A DNA stretch of 20,000 nt from Chiloscyllium plagiosum (lineage: Eukaryota): assembly GCF_004010195.1 (NCBI RefSeq), contig NC_057718.1, positions 13,606,097-13,626,096 of the forward strand, given 5' to 3'. Positions within the stretch are counted from its first letter, which is position 1; every line of letters starts with the position of its first letter. The position numbers were made by a program, and so were the translations under genes. A model generated the notes under the pieces. It was given only the letters and a program-made list of their open reading frames with translations, did no database searches and was not told the origin of the DNA. Below, in pieces: positions 1 through 10,500 of this stretch.

Positions 1-929
1 CCAACTAGTCTAGCCTGACCAGATATCCCAACCTAATCGAGTCCCATTTGTCAGCACTTGGCCCATATCCCTCCAAACCCTTCCTATTCATATACCGATC
101 CAGAAGCCTCTTAAATACTGCAATTGTACCAGCCTCCACCACTTCCTCTGACAGCTCATTCCATACATGCACCACCCTCTGGGTGAAACAGTTGGCCCTT
201 AGGTCTCTTTTATATCTTTCCCCTCTCACCCTAAACCTATGCCCTCTAGTCTTGGACTCTCACACCCCATAGAAATGACTTGGTCTATTTATCTGATCCA
301 TGCCCCTCATCATTTTGTAAACCTCTATGAGGTCGCCCCTCAGCCTTCAATGCTCCAGTGAAAACAGCCCCGGTCTATTCAGCCTCTCCTTATAGCTCAA
401 ATTCTCCAACTCTGGCAATATCCTTGTAAATCTTTTCTGAACCCTTTCAAGATTCACAACATCCTTCCGATAGGAAGAAAACCAGAATTGCGTAGAATAT
501 TCCAAACGTGGCCTAACCAACATCCTGGACAGCCACAACATGACCTCCTACCTCCTACACTCAATGCTCTAACCAATAGAGGTCTTCTTCAGTATCCTAT
601 CTACCAGTGACTATACTTTCAAGGAACTAAGAACCTGCACTCCAAGGTCTCTTTGTTCAGCAACACTCCCTAGGACCTTACCATTAAGTGTATAAGTCCT
701 GCTAAGATTTGCTTTCCCAAAATGCAGCACCGCGCATCGTTCTGCCACTCAGTCCATTGGCCCATCTGGTCAAGATCCTGTTGTAATCCAAGGTAATGTT
801 CTTTGCTGTCCACTACACTTCCAATTTTGGTGTCATCTACAAATTTATGAACTATACCTCCTATGTTCACATCCAAGTCATTTAAGTTAATGAAGAAAAG
901 TAGTGGACCCAACACCGATCCTTGTGGTA
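1..929 (-). mobile_element. CR1 LINE fragment (RT C-terminal half to start of 3' UTR), decayed, 5'-truncated; runs off the window's left edge
   Basis: Minus-strand ORFs encode [20 protein letters not shown] (FADD motif), LVRPRLEY, LERVQKRFTRILP and FTQRVVHVWNEL, all typical of CR1 ORF2; collinear with the copy at 10501-13500. Confidence 0.93.
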
Positions 930-1229
930 CAAGATAGAGTGGATATAAAGATGACGTTTCCACTATAGGAGAGTCTAGAACCGGAGGATAGAGCCTTTGA
1001 GTGAAGGGATGACCCTGTAGAACTGAGTTGAGGAGGAATTTCTTCAGCCAGCAGATGGTTCATCTGTGGAATTCATTGTCACAGATGGCTTTGCAGGTCA
1101 AATCATTGAGTGTCTTTAAGACAGAGACAAATAGGATCTTGAGTTGAGAAACATATCACCAATGATTGAATGGCAGAAGAGAGACTCAATGGACCAAATG
1201 GCCGAATTCTGTTCTTATATCTTATGGTC
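930..1229 (+). mobile_element. Older CR1-type LINE 3' end fragment
   Basis: GAGTCTAGAACCGGAGG..., GAGGAGGAATTTCTTCAGCCAG, CTGTGGAATTCATTGTCACAG (RRNFFSQ/LWNSL-like) and a 3' tail ...AATTCTGTTCTTATATCTTATGGTC. Confidence 0.75.
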
Positions 1230-1637
1230 AAAGAGAAGAGTGAGACAACACATTTGTTTTGAGTGCTTTAAAAGGAATATACAAATTGCTGCATTCAAGT
1301 GAAAATTTCCTTCATGAGTTAGAAATGTTCAATTATAGAGAATTTAAAAGGAACTTAAAGCAACTGATGGCACTCATCCAACACACTTTCCATGCCACAT
1401 AACACCTTAACAGCATCTCAATGTCGATCACAGAATGTTTGAGAAGGACATGTAGATTCCAAAACAGGATGTCAACATTACCTGATGGTGACCCAGATCA
1501 AGAATATTCACTAGAGCAATGGCAACCCCATCTTGAACAAAGGTCTGATCTTCCTCTCTCCTTCCATTGTAGGGAATATTAGAATATCATTGCCAACAAT
1601 TTATCATGTATCAGTGGTCGCAAATTTTAAAACTTAC

Positions 1638-1786
1638 CTCACAAAGATCTTGAGTTCTGAAAGGATACTTTGTGACACTAAGATCAAGAAACTGAAACAG
1701 GCTTTCTTTCATTGCAGTTTTGTTTTCACTTTCAAACATTCGTTTGTAAGCACAAAGGAGCCAAGATGTGTGAAAAAGTGAACGAC
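1638..1786 (-). CDS. TARBP1: TARBP1 coding exon 4 (149 nt; [50 protein letters not shown])
   Basis: Matches human TARBP1 [23 protein letters not shown] (recalled); acceptor CCTAG| at 1787, donor GAG|GTAAGT at 1637; phase 1 start fits exon 3. Confidence 0.93.
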
Positions 1787-2819
1787 CTAGGTTTATAAAC
1801 AAACCATCAATCAATATGTTTTTCCACACATTAATTGTTTAATTTTTGCAGAATAAAACATTTTAAAATCTAAAGTCAGTTAACTCAATCTCTCCAAGTT
1901 TAGAATACCATATATTCAATCAAGCATCATACCCATCCCCACCCCCAATCAAATAAAGTAGTTTTGACACTATTAGAAGTAAAAGCAGCCAGCTTTACAA
2001 GCCACGAAAGCACTTCCAAAACTTTTGCCCTATTACCCCAGTCCGAATCTTGAAAATTACTGCAAGCCTTCAGTGAGAAATGTTCAAGCTGGATTACAGC
2101 TATTATAACTTGTTGAAAGCTTCACTACCTCCACTCTGGGATGCCCTTTGCTAGTGAATAATGAGTAAACATCAGATGAGACTTCCTGTGAAGAACAGCA
2201 ATCTGGGAAAAACTCAACTCACAAAACTAAATGATAGTTTCATTTATTAATTCCAATTGCAAGAGTGTTTGCAATGAACTGGAGGCCCAACAAATTGAGA
2301 CTACTCAAGCTCAAATTTTCTGGAATTATTTTGTTGATCTGTCCAAGTTCAACCAGTCTATTCTGATATTTATATCCACCCATCCTACGATTTAATTCAA
2401 AACAGCAGAACAAAGTGAAAAATAAATTAGACAAATGAAAAATGTCCACATACAATGAAATCAAATGTCTCTTAAAATGAAAAATTCTTGTTTTCCTCAT
2501 ATTAAACTTGGCAGTTTGCAAAAACAAAAGTGTTTTATTAAGGTTATAGTTGTAAAGACATTGATACAGATTAGCAATAAGTGACATTGGGGGCAGGAGA
2601 TGTCAATTTGCTAAAAAAATTAAATAAATTGCCAACAAGTATAATCCAAATTAAGCAGTTTTGAGGTACAATTACTATCAAAGTAGGAACTGCAGCAGCC
2701 AATTTGAGCCTGCAGACCTTTTTTTGAAATGTAACAGCAATAATTTGAACTTACATGGAAACTTTAACATAGAAAAGTGTCCCAACGTATAAATCAGACA
2801 AAGTAAATGCACAGTCAAA

Positions 2820-3040
2820 GCTGGATCAAGAACAGCCTTGAAAAAGAAATGAGCTGAGATGCAGAAGGAACAGGGATGATGTGTGGACATTTTGGGGCGG
2901 GCAGGGGATCAGGGTGTGGAAGTGGAGAAGAAAATGCAGTCATATAAGGGGCTGGAGAAGAGGAGACATAGGGAGTAACAAGCTCTAAAACTCAAGGTTA
3001 AGAATTTTACGTTTGAGGTGTTGAGACACGAAAAGCCAAT
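2820..3040 (-). mobile_element. Probable highly decayed L2-like LINE remnant
   Basis: Purine-rich tract ending ...AAGGTTAAGAATTTTACGTTTGAGGTGTTG resembles the reverse complement of the L2-like segment at ~8720-8760; recognised by eye only. Confidence 0.35.
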
Positions 3041-3104
3041 TGTGTCACAATACATATTAGTGGTTTGGACACCGAAACTGAATGAAATGTACCCAAAATT
3101 CCAG

Positions 3105-3360
3105 GCAAGACAAAGCTAAGTGGGATGGTGAAGAGGAGGATGTGGAGGTGCTTCAGTGTGATTTAGCCAAGCAGTCAAGACCTAAACATGGTATGATTTG
3201 AAGGAGGAGTTGGATATACTACTTGGGGCTAAAGGAATTAAAGGATTTGGGAGGAAAAAGCAGGAACACATTGAGTTAGATGATCAGCCATGATTGTAAC
3301 CAGGAAAGCAACAGCCTCATGGGCTGAATGACCAACTCCTGTTCTTATGTTGTGTGTTTC
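3105..3360 (+). mobile_element. Old CR1 fragments (DTKL region joined to 3' UTR)
   Basis: GACAAAGCTAAGTGGG...GAGGATGTGGAGGTGCTTCAGTGTGATTTAG, then GATCAGCCATGAT...GGGCTGAATGACCAACTCCTGTTCTTATGTT CR1-type tail. Confidence 0.6.
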
Positions 3361-3439
3361 TACATTGAGTGAAGACATAGGTTGCGCCTGAGAAGTATGA
3401 CATGCAAAACAGAATCTGCTGCATCTTTCCTTTACTTTT

Positions 3440-3750
3440 CATTTTATTCATTCATCAACTGCACAGGCAAGAACAGCCTCTATTGCTCGTGATTAATTAC
3501 TCAAGGCGGTGAGCTCCATTCTTCAAGGCATAGTTTATGTGGTGTAGATACAGCAAGCGCTTAAATTAAGGGAACTCCAGTGACGATATTTTTCAAAGTC
3601 TGGACAGTTATGACTTGGAGAAGAACTCGCAGGTGGTGGTGTTCTCAAGCATCCATTGCTCCCTGTGCTTCTTGGTGGAAGAAGTCACGGGTTTAGGACG
3701 TGCTCTTGACAGAGCCTTTGTAAGTTGCTGCAGTGTGTCTGACATTTACA
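3440..3750 (-). mobile_element. Decayed 3' end of a different CR1/L2-superfamily LINE
   Basis: Begins TTTTATTCATTCAT (reverse complement of a ...ATGAATGAATAAAA tail) and contains GAACTCGCAGGTGGTGGTGTTC, resembling a common shark LINE 3' region (recalled). Confidence 0.5.
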
Positions 3751-3849
3751 GCTGTCAATATGGATCAACAGTATCCAGGCCAGCGTATTCCATGATAATC
3801 TCAGCCTTTGGAGTCAGCAAATGCATCATTCCTGACAGAATTCCCAATC

Positions 3850-4480
3850 TCTGACTTGCTCATGTCAACCTCTATTTATACAGTTAACTCAGTTCAGCTT
3901 CTGGAGAATCCAAAGGATGTCATTATGGCAGCAGGTACAGAGGCAGAAGCATTTGCCCTGGGACATCATTCTATAACAGTGAAACCTCATGGCATTGGGC
4001 CAAATGTGGGAACGGAAGAAGTTACTTGACCTTATCCTCACCAATCCATCTGTACTACGTGTCTGACCTTGACAGTATCAATTGAAGGGACCAGAGTGGA
4101 GATGAGGTCCATTCTTCATATAGAGGATACCTTCTTCACCACAAATAATGTGATAAATCTAACAGACTTCAAATAGATCTAGCAACTGAAAACTGGTCAC
4201 ACACAAGGCACTGTTGGCCATCAGGAGCAGAATTATATTAAACCACAATCTGTAATCTCATGGCTTGGCATAATGCTCACTCCAGTATGACCACAAGATC
4301 ATGTTAGAAGGTCAAATCTGGTTCAATGAAGACTGCTGAAGGACATACCAGGAGTAACACAAGGAATATGGCAAAATGAAATGCAACCTCGTGAAACGAC
4401 AACACAGAACTGCTTTCATTCCAAACAACAGAAAGAAAATGTCACGGAAAAAGAGGACAAATGGACTGCAGAGTTGCTCC
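3850..4480 (+). mobile_element. Decayed LINE endonuclease C-terminus/linker fragment
   Basis: TTACTTGACCTTATCCTCACCAAT encodes LLDLILTN (APE endonuclease motif); TGGTTCAATGAAGACTGC encodes WFNEDC (PWF-type linker motif). Confidence 0.55.
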
Positions 4481-4523
4481 TTTGAGGCCCCTATGAATTG
4501 TCCTTTAATGTTTTCTAACATTA

Positions 4524-6773
4524 CCATAGAGTCATAGGGAGGTACAGCATGGAACCGGACCCTTCGGTCCAACCCATCCATGCCGACCAGATATCCCAAC
4601 CCAAACTAATCCCACCTGCCAGCACCCGGCACATATCCCTCCAAACCCTTCCTATTCATGTACCTACCCAGATGTCTTTTAAATATTGCAATTGTACCAG
4701 CCTCCACCACTTCCTCTGGCAGCTCATTCCATACACAGATCACCCTCTGCGTGAAAAAGTTGTCCCTTTAGATCTCTTTTATATCTTTCCCCTCTCACCC
4801 TAAACCTATGCCCTCTAGTTCTGGACTCCCCAACCCCAGGGAAAAGACTTTGCCTATTTATCCTATCCATGCCCCTCATAATTTTGTAAACCTCTATAAN
4901 NNNNNNNNNNNNNNNNNNNNNNNNNNNNNNNNNNNNNNNNNNNNNNNNNNNNNNNNNNNNNNNNNNNNNNNNNNNNNNNNNNNNNNNNNNNNNNNNNNNN
5001 NNNNNNNNNNNNNNNNNNNNNNNNNNNNNNNNNNNNNNNNNNNNNNNNNNNNNNNNNNNNNNNNNNNNNNNNNNNNNNNNNNNNNNNNNNNNNNNNNNNN
5101 NNNNNNNNNNNNNNNNNNNNNNNNNNNNNNNNNNNNNNNNNNNNNNNNNNNNNNNNNNNNNNNNNNNNNNNNNNNNNNNNNNNNNNNNNNNNNNNNNNNN
5201 NNNNNNNNNNNNNNNNNNNNNNNNNNNNNNNNNNNNNNNNNNNNNNNNNNNNNNNNNNNNNNNNNNNNNNNNNNNNNNNNNNNNNNNNNNNNNNNNNNNN
5301 NNNNNNNNNNNNNNNNNNNNNNNNNNNNNNNNNNNNNNNNNNNNNNNNNNNNNNNNNNNNNNNNNNNNNNNNNNNNNNNNNNNNNNNNNNNNNNNNNNNN
5401 NNNNNNNNNNNNNNNNNNNNNNNNNNNNNNNNNNNNNNNNNNNTTTGTTCAGCAACACTCCCTAGGACCTTACCATTAAGTGTATAAGTCCTGCTAAGAT
5501 TTGCTTTCCCAAAATGCAGCACCTCGCATTTATCTGAATTAAACTCCATCTTCACTTCTCAGCCCATTGGCCCATCTGGTCAAGATCCTGTTGTGTTCTC
5601 TTCGCTGTCTATTACAACTCCAATTTTGGCGTCATCTGCAAACTTACTAAGTATATCTCTTATGCTCGCATCCAAATCATTTATGTAAATGACAAAAAGT
5701 AAAGGGCCCAGCACCGATCCTTGTGGCACTCCACTGGTCACAGGCCTCCAGTCTGAAAAACAACCCTTCACAACCACCCTCTGTCTTCTACCTCTGAGCC
5801 AGTTCTATATCCTAATGGCTATTTCTCCCTGTATTCCATGAGATCTAACCTTGCTAATCAGTCTCCCATGAGGAACCTTGTTGAACGCCTTACTGAAGTC
5901 CATATAGATCACATCTACCACTCTGCCCTCATCAATCCTCTTTATTACTTCTTCAAAAAACTCAATCAAGTTTGTGAGACATGATTTCCCACGCACAAAG
6001 TCATGTTGATGATCCCTAATCAGTCCTTGCCTTTCCTTTCCAAATACATATATATTCTGTCCCTCAGGATTCCCTCCAACAACGTGCCCACCATGTGTTC
6101 CCTGGCTTGTCCTTACCACCCTTCTTAAACAGTGGCACCACGTTTGCCGACCTCCAGTCTTCCGGCACCTCACCTGTGACTATCGATGATACAAATATCT
6201 CAGCAAAAGGCCCAGCAATCACTTCTCTAGCTTCCCACAAAGTTCTTGGGTACATCTAATCAGGTCCTGGGGATTTATCCATTTTTACCTGTTTCAAGAC
6301 ATCCAGCACTTTATTAGTCCTATTTTGTACCTGCCTGCCCTAACTGTTTGACTCGCTTCTGTTCTCAACTGTACCAGTCTCAGATTGATCTCTTTCCTCA
6401 TTATCTCGCTGGGTCTCACCCCCCCACCTTACTAGTTTAAATCCTCCCGAGCAGCCCCAGCAAATCTCCCTGCCAGTATATTAGTCCCCTTCCAATTTAG
6501 GTGCAATCCGCCCTTCTTGTACAGGTCACTTCTACCCCAAAAGAGATTCCAATGATCCAAAAATGTGAATCCTTCTCCCATACACCAGCTCCTCAGCCAT
6601 GCATTCATTTGCTCCATCTTCCTGCCCTCATCAGCTCATAGCACTGGGAGTAATCCAAATATTACTACTCTCGAGGACCTCTTTTTTTAAATTTCTGCCT
6701 GACTCACTGTAATCTCCCTTCAGAATTTCATCCTTTTCCCTTCCTATGTCATTGGTTCCAATGTGGACAATGA
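4524..6773 (-). mobile_element. CR1 LINE with ORF1 C-terminal SGNH-esterase region, internal deletion of the endonuclease, RT and 3' UTR; contains the assembly gap
   Basis: 5' end encodes IVHIGTNDIGR and DLYKKGGLHLNWKG (SGNH GxND and DxxH-like blocks), with the ORF1 stop at 6432-6434; RT motifs [36 protein letters not shown]; 3' tail CTATGACTCTATG. Confidence 0.93.
4900..5443. other. Assembly gap (544 N)
   Basis: Run of N characters. Confidence 1.
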
Positions 6774-6924
6774 ATCACAATGGGCTTCGACCTGACGGTA
6801 CAGTTCTATGTCTGAAGTACATTTACAGCTGAGAAGACAACCTACCAAAACATACGGGCGTGTAAAAATATATTAGTAAATATTGCAACGATTGAAGAAA
6901 ATCACACTGAAAGGTCATAATCAC

Positions 6925-6994
6925 CCTGGTCATTGGAAACAGTGGCATCCATTAAGCTCTTGAGTCGAGGTAATATTGGTCTTATGACATGAAC
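6925..6994 (-). CDS. TARBP1: TARBP1 coding exon 3 (70 nt; VHVIRPILPRLKSLMDATVSNDQ+G)
   Basis: Found by manual translation (too short for the ORF track); matches human IHVIKPVLPKLNNL (recalled); acceptor TTTTAG| at 6995, donor CAGG|GTGATT at 6924; phases 0 and 1 fit the neighbouring exons. Confidence 0.9.
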
Positions 6995-7144
6995 CTAAAA
7001 TACAAAATCAAAAGTATTATGTTTTCAGCTGATTCACAAATATAATTTTTCCTAAGAACATTTTGAACAATGAAGCATTTAACAACAATAAAATTAGCTT
7101 ATTATTATTTTTGTCAATTCTGACATGATAGTCGTTTAAACTTA

Positions 7145-7300
7145 AGAAGTATTCAGATATCCACTCATGAGACCAAGGCATACAAGGCTACAGGCCAAGA
7201 GCTGGAAAATGGGATTACAATAATTAGGTGGTGTTTTGAACCGTACAGACTTGATGGGCCAAACAGCCTTTTTCCATGCTGTAGACATCTGTGACTCTAC
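7145..7300 (+). mobile_element. Old CR1 3' end fragment
   Basis: ACAAGGCTACAGGCCAAGAGCTGGAAAATGGGATTA...GATGGGCCAAACAGCC...CCATGCTGTAGACATCTGTGACTCTA, homologous to the CR1 3' end at 13390-13500. Confidence 0.7.
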
Positions 7301-7464
7301 ATACACATAAACAACAAAGAAAAAGCAAGTAGAAAGCATCTGGTTCATAATGCCCAAACCACTCATACCTGGGCTTACCAGGTTTGCCTGTGACACACAC
7401 AGACCTGTTCTCAATCCTTAGGAGAGTCAAAAAAAAAATCTAAAGAAAAACAGGAAAATTTTTA

Positions 7465-7670
7465 CTCTAAATTTAATGAAGAATTTGTTTGCCCAGGGGG
7501 TGGTGGGTATCTGGAACTCACTGCCTAAAAGGGTGGTACAGACAGGAACCATGACATTTACATAGTATTCAGATGAATACTTCATGCCACAGCATACAAG
7601 GTTGCAAACCCAGTTCTGGAAAACAGGCATGGACATTACACCACTATGGCCTGTAAAGCTCTATGATTCA
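7465..7670 (+). mobile_element. Old CR1 3' end fragment
   Basis: AAGAATTTGTTTGCCCAGGGGGTGGTGGGTATCTGGAACTCACTGCCT (FAQGVVGIWNSLP); ends in CTCTATGATTC tail. Confidence 0.7.
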
Positions 7671-8315
7671 ACAACTCTCAAATAAAATTCAACAAAGCTC
7701 CAGGAGGCAAGTAATCCATTAACCTTACCACCTAATCCACAACTGATTTTCTATAATAAGAAACATACGTTCTCACTGAGGAATTTATTGAATTTCCTTT
7801 TGAATTACTGCAAGAATACCATGATCACTAGGTGTATCACCTCTATTCAAAAGGTGCAAACTCAGTATTCACAGAAACTCTTCATAATGTCTCTTGTAAA
7901 ACCATATCTAATTCCTCTGCCATTTTTAAAACATCAATCATGCTTTCATAAAATTACATTTGTATCCACTATAAACTGCCCAAGTCCTTCCATCTATTAT
8001 GATAACAAATATCAAAATTTAATTACCACCTTGGTTTTTGTCAAATTAGGACTGAAGCTACTTTGCATTGATAATAGTTGTTCACAAAGACCCTCACGTT
8101 CCTCCCTGATCCATACAGTTTCGTGGGTAGCCAGATATCAGGTAAAGTGAACGTTCTCTCAAAAACGTAATGAGCCAAATTTCATTTGAGAGTAATTCAA
8201 AAACATTTCAGATATATATCCTCACAACGGTCATCTGCATTAGTTAGCTCAGGTTGATACTTGGAAATGAAGCACTTTTCAAAAGGGACACACGTACTCA
8301 AAATTTGCCACTTAC

Positions 8316-8413
8316 TTGATTTTCTTCCAGTGTTTCCATTATTAAAATATAATTTTCCCATAACTGGACAAGTTGTTTGCTTTTTTCACCCGACCACCAA
8401 AAAAGGCATGTGT
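8316..8413 (-). CDS. TARBP1: TARBP1 coding exon 2 (98 nt; [32 protein letters not shown])
   Basis: Near-identical to human [30 protein letters not shown] (recalled); acceptor TTTCAG| at 8414, donor CAA|GTAAGT at 8315. Confidence 0.94.
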
Positions 8414-8852
8414 CTGAAATAAAAATGATGCATGTTAAATTGAACTGAGGAATTGCTATTTTTTTAATTATAAAATCATAACATGCAAATTTCCAGTCAA
8501 ATATCAATTTCTGCAAATTATTGAACTTTGCAGATTAAAAAAAAACGTTTACTGGCCTTCAAGTCCAATTACTCTCATTAATGTTCTCGATTATTCCTTT
8601 GTCATCTCCAAATCTCATCCCACCTAAAGTTCTTTTGGCCACCTTCCGATCCTCCAGCTCATCTAAAGCTCTACCAACGTCCTATTTCACACCAGGTCTT
8701 GATCACCGATCCATTATATTGTTCAATGCCTCAAATTTTAAATTCCAATCTTTGTGCTCAATACTTCTAAGACATTCTTTTACCCTCTAATCCTTTGCAA
8801 TTTTCACTGTTCTGCTGGCCATAGTCTCTTATGCATTGCCCACCATTTCCCA

Positions 8853-9570
8853 AACATGAGTTAGGAGCAGGTGTGGGTCATTCAGGCTCTAAAATCTGTT
8901 TCACCATTTGATGACATTTTGGCTGATGCTAATCTGGCTTCAACTCCCATTTCCTGCTTAGTCCCCATACCTTTGATTTACTTGACAGTCAAGAATCTAC
9001 CTGCCTTTGACTTGAAAATATTCAATGGTGTCTCCCATCTGCTCCCCTCACCCCCCCTCCACCTCCATCAAAAGTATAAAAACACACATTTTCCATTCAC
9101 TTTCAACTATAGAGGAGTCACACTGGACTCAAAGAATTCAGTTTCTCTCTCCACATTTGTTGGTAGACCTACTGGATTTCTCCAGCATTTTCAATGTTTG
9201 CTTCAATGACCCTATTTTTACTGGTCTCTGGAGAACAAACCTAAAACCCTCATGAGAGAAAGAAATTCTTCTCATCTCCTTCATAAAAGGGAGACTCTAT
9301 TTTTAAACTGTGTCCTAATCTACTCTCTCTCATAAGGAGAAACAAACATCTTTTCAGCACCCAACCAGTCAGGTTCCTTCAGGGTCTGGTATGGTTATAT
9401 TATACACCATATTATGGCTCATTAAGATCACCTCTCATTCTTCTAAATACCACTGGAAACAAACCCAACCTGTACTCATGAGATAACCCAGCAAGCAGTC
9501 CAGCAGGACTTCTCTGAACTGCTTCAAGTGCAGTTATGTCCATTTTAGAGAAGGAAGCCAAAACACACGT
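8853..9570 (-). mobile_element. Old CR1 3' fragment, interrupted at ~9028-9201
   Basis: 3' UTR reverse complement AGGAGCAGGTGTGGGTCATTCAGGC...; ORF 9412-9603 encodes DITALEAVQR...RRMRGDL. Confidence 0.75.
9028..9201 (+). mobile_element. Short Penelope-like terminal-repeat fragment inserted in CR1
   Basis: GTCACACTGGACTCAAAG...TTTCTCTCTCCACA...AGACCTACTGGATTTCTCCAGCATTTTC resembles an abundant shark repeat end (recalled); flanked by TTCAATG at 9021-9027 and 9202-9208. Confidence 0.5.
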
Positions 9571-10500
9571 TGACAGCCAAGCTTCTAGCCCCCTTAACTC
9601 CACTCTCGGAACTACCTCCTTTGACTTCCCTGACTTCTTTTATACTTTAATAAACCTCCGTCCCTAACTAAATGTTCTGCGAAATTAAAAACACAATATA
9701 CGTAAATGAAGGAAGACAGAGAGAACTAACCGTCTTCATATAAGATTGCTGGAACAGATGATCACTTGAACGCCTGAATCAATTAAAACTTAAACAGCAA
9801 AGTTTTCTTTTAAGTTTAAGAGTGTTTCCTGTTTGTGATGAATTTTAGCTTCCCTGTCACCGAATTTATACAGCTCAACCTTCTAGTTTTCTATCTTCTT
9901 TAAAAAAATATATCATTTTGAATGCCGTGACCAATCAAGATTAAACCTCACTTTTGTCAAAGTATTCCATATTACTCCAAAAACATTTCTTTCAATTTCC
10001 CCTTGTATTTATCTTGAACCTATATGGCAGTCACTTCAATTTAAGATTCAACATGAACAATCCACATTTACTCTGTTTATCCTCATCAATTTGAACTAGT
10101 CTAATAAATGCAATCATTATATGACGAAAGGACATTGACCTACCTGTTCAAAACTTTATTTCTAACTGCAGACATCATCAATATTATTCACACATGCTTG
10201 TTGGTGTAATTCTATCCTCTTATCGCAAAAAGTATAGTCCTGCAGAGCATTCAAAGCCTAACATAATTTGCCTTAAAATCTGAAGAATGTAGTAAATTAA
10301 AATAAAGAATCTAACGGCATCATTTAGCTCCAATACATTGAGAAATTTAACACTACAATGATAACTCTAAAGTTTATGCTTATTCACAAATGGAATATTC
10401 TCATTTGCCCTTTCTCCTAGGCAGTTTGTGTCCTGTTCTTCTGCCTCCTTGGCATTTTGCTATTCCTCAAACTTTGATATTCAACCTTTTATTTTGAAGT

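Larger units (their letters stand above)
8600..9670 (+). mobile_element. Probable ancient L2-like remnant (8600-8850 and 9571-9670) split by a CR1 insertion
   Basis: GCCTCAAATTTTAAATTCCAATCTTTGTG...CCCACCATT on the left and GACAGCCAAGCTTCTAGC...CTCGGAACTACCTCC on the right resemble consecutive parts of an L2 3' region; by eye only. Confidence 0.35.

Noticed and set aside
1230..1630. Search for TARBP1 exon 5
   Set aside because: No FIIGPLMD-like coding segment found; it presumably lies left of the window
2240..2587. 115-aa AT-rich ORF (and the similar 7788-8150 ORF)
   Set aside because: Composition-driven intronic ORFs without homology or splice support
2755..2820. 66-nt AG...GTAAGT-bounded segment on the minus strand as a candidate exon
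   Set aside because: No similarity to TARBP1; the true exon 3 is at 6925-6994 and splices to exon 4 with no missing residues
4724..5555. Long ORFs of 223-244 aa
   Set aside because: Artefacts of translating through the N gap
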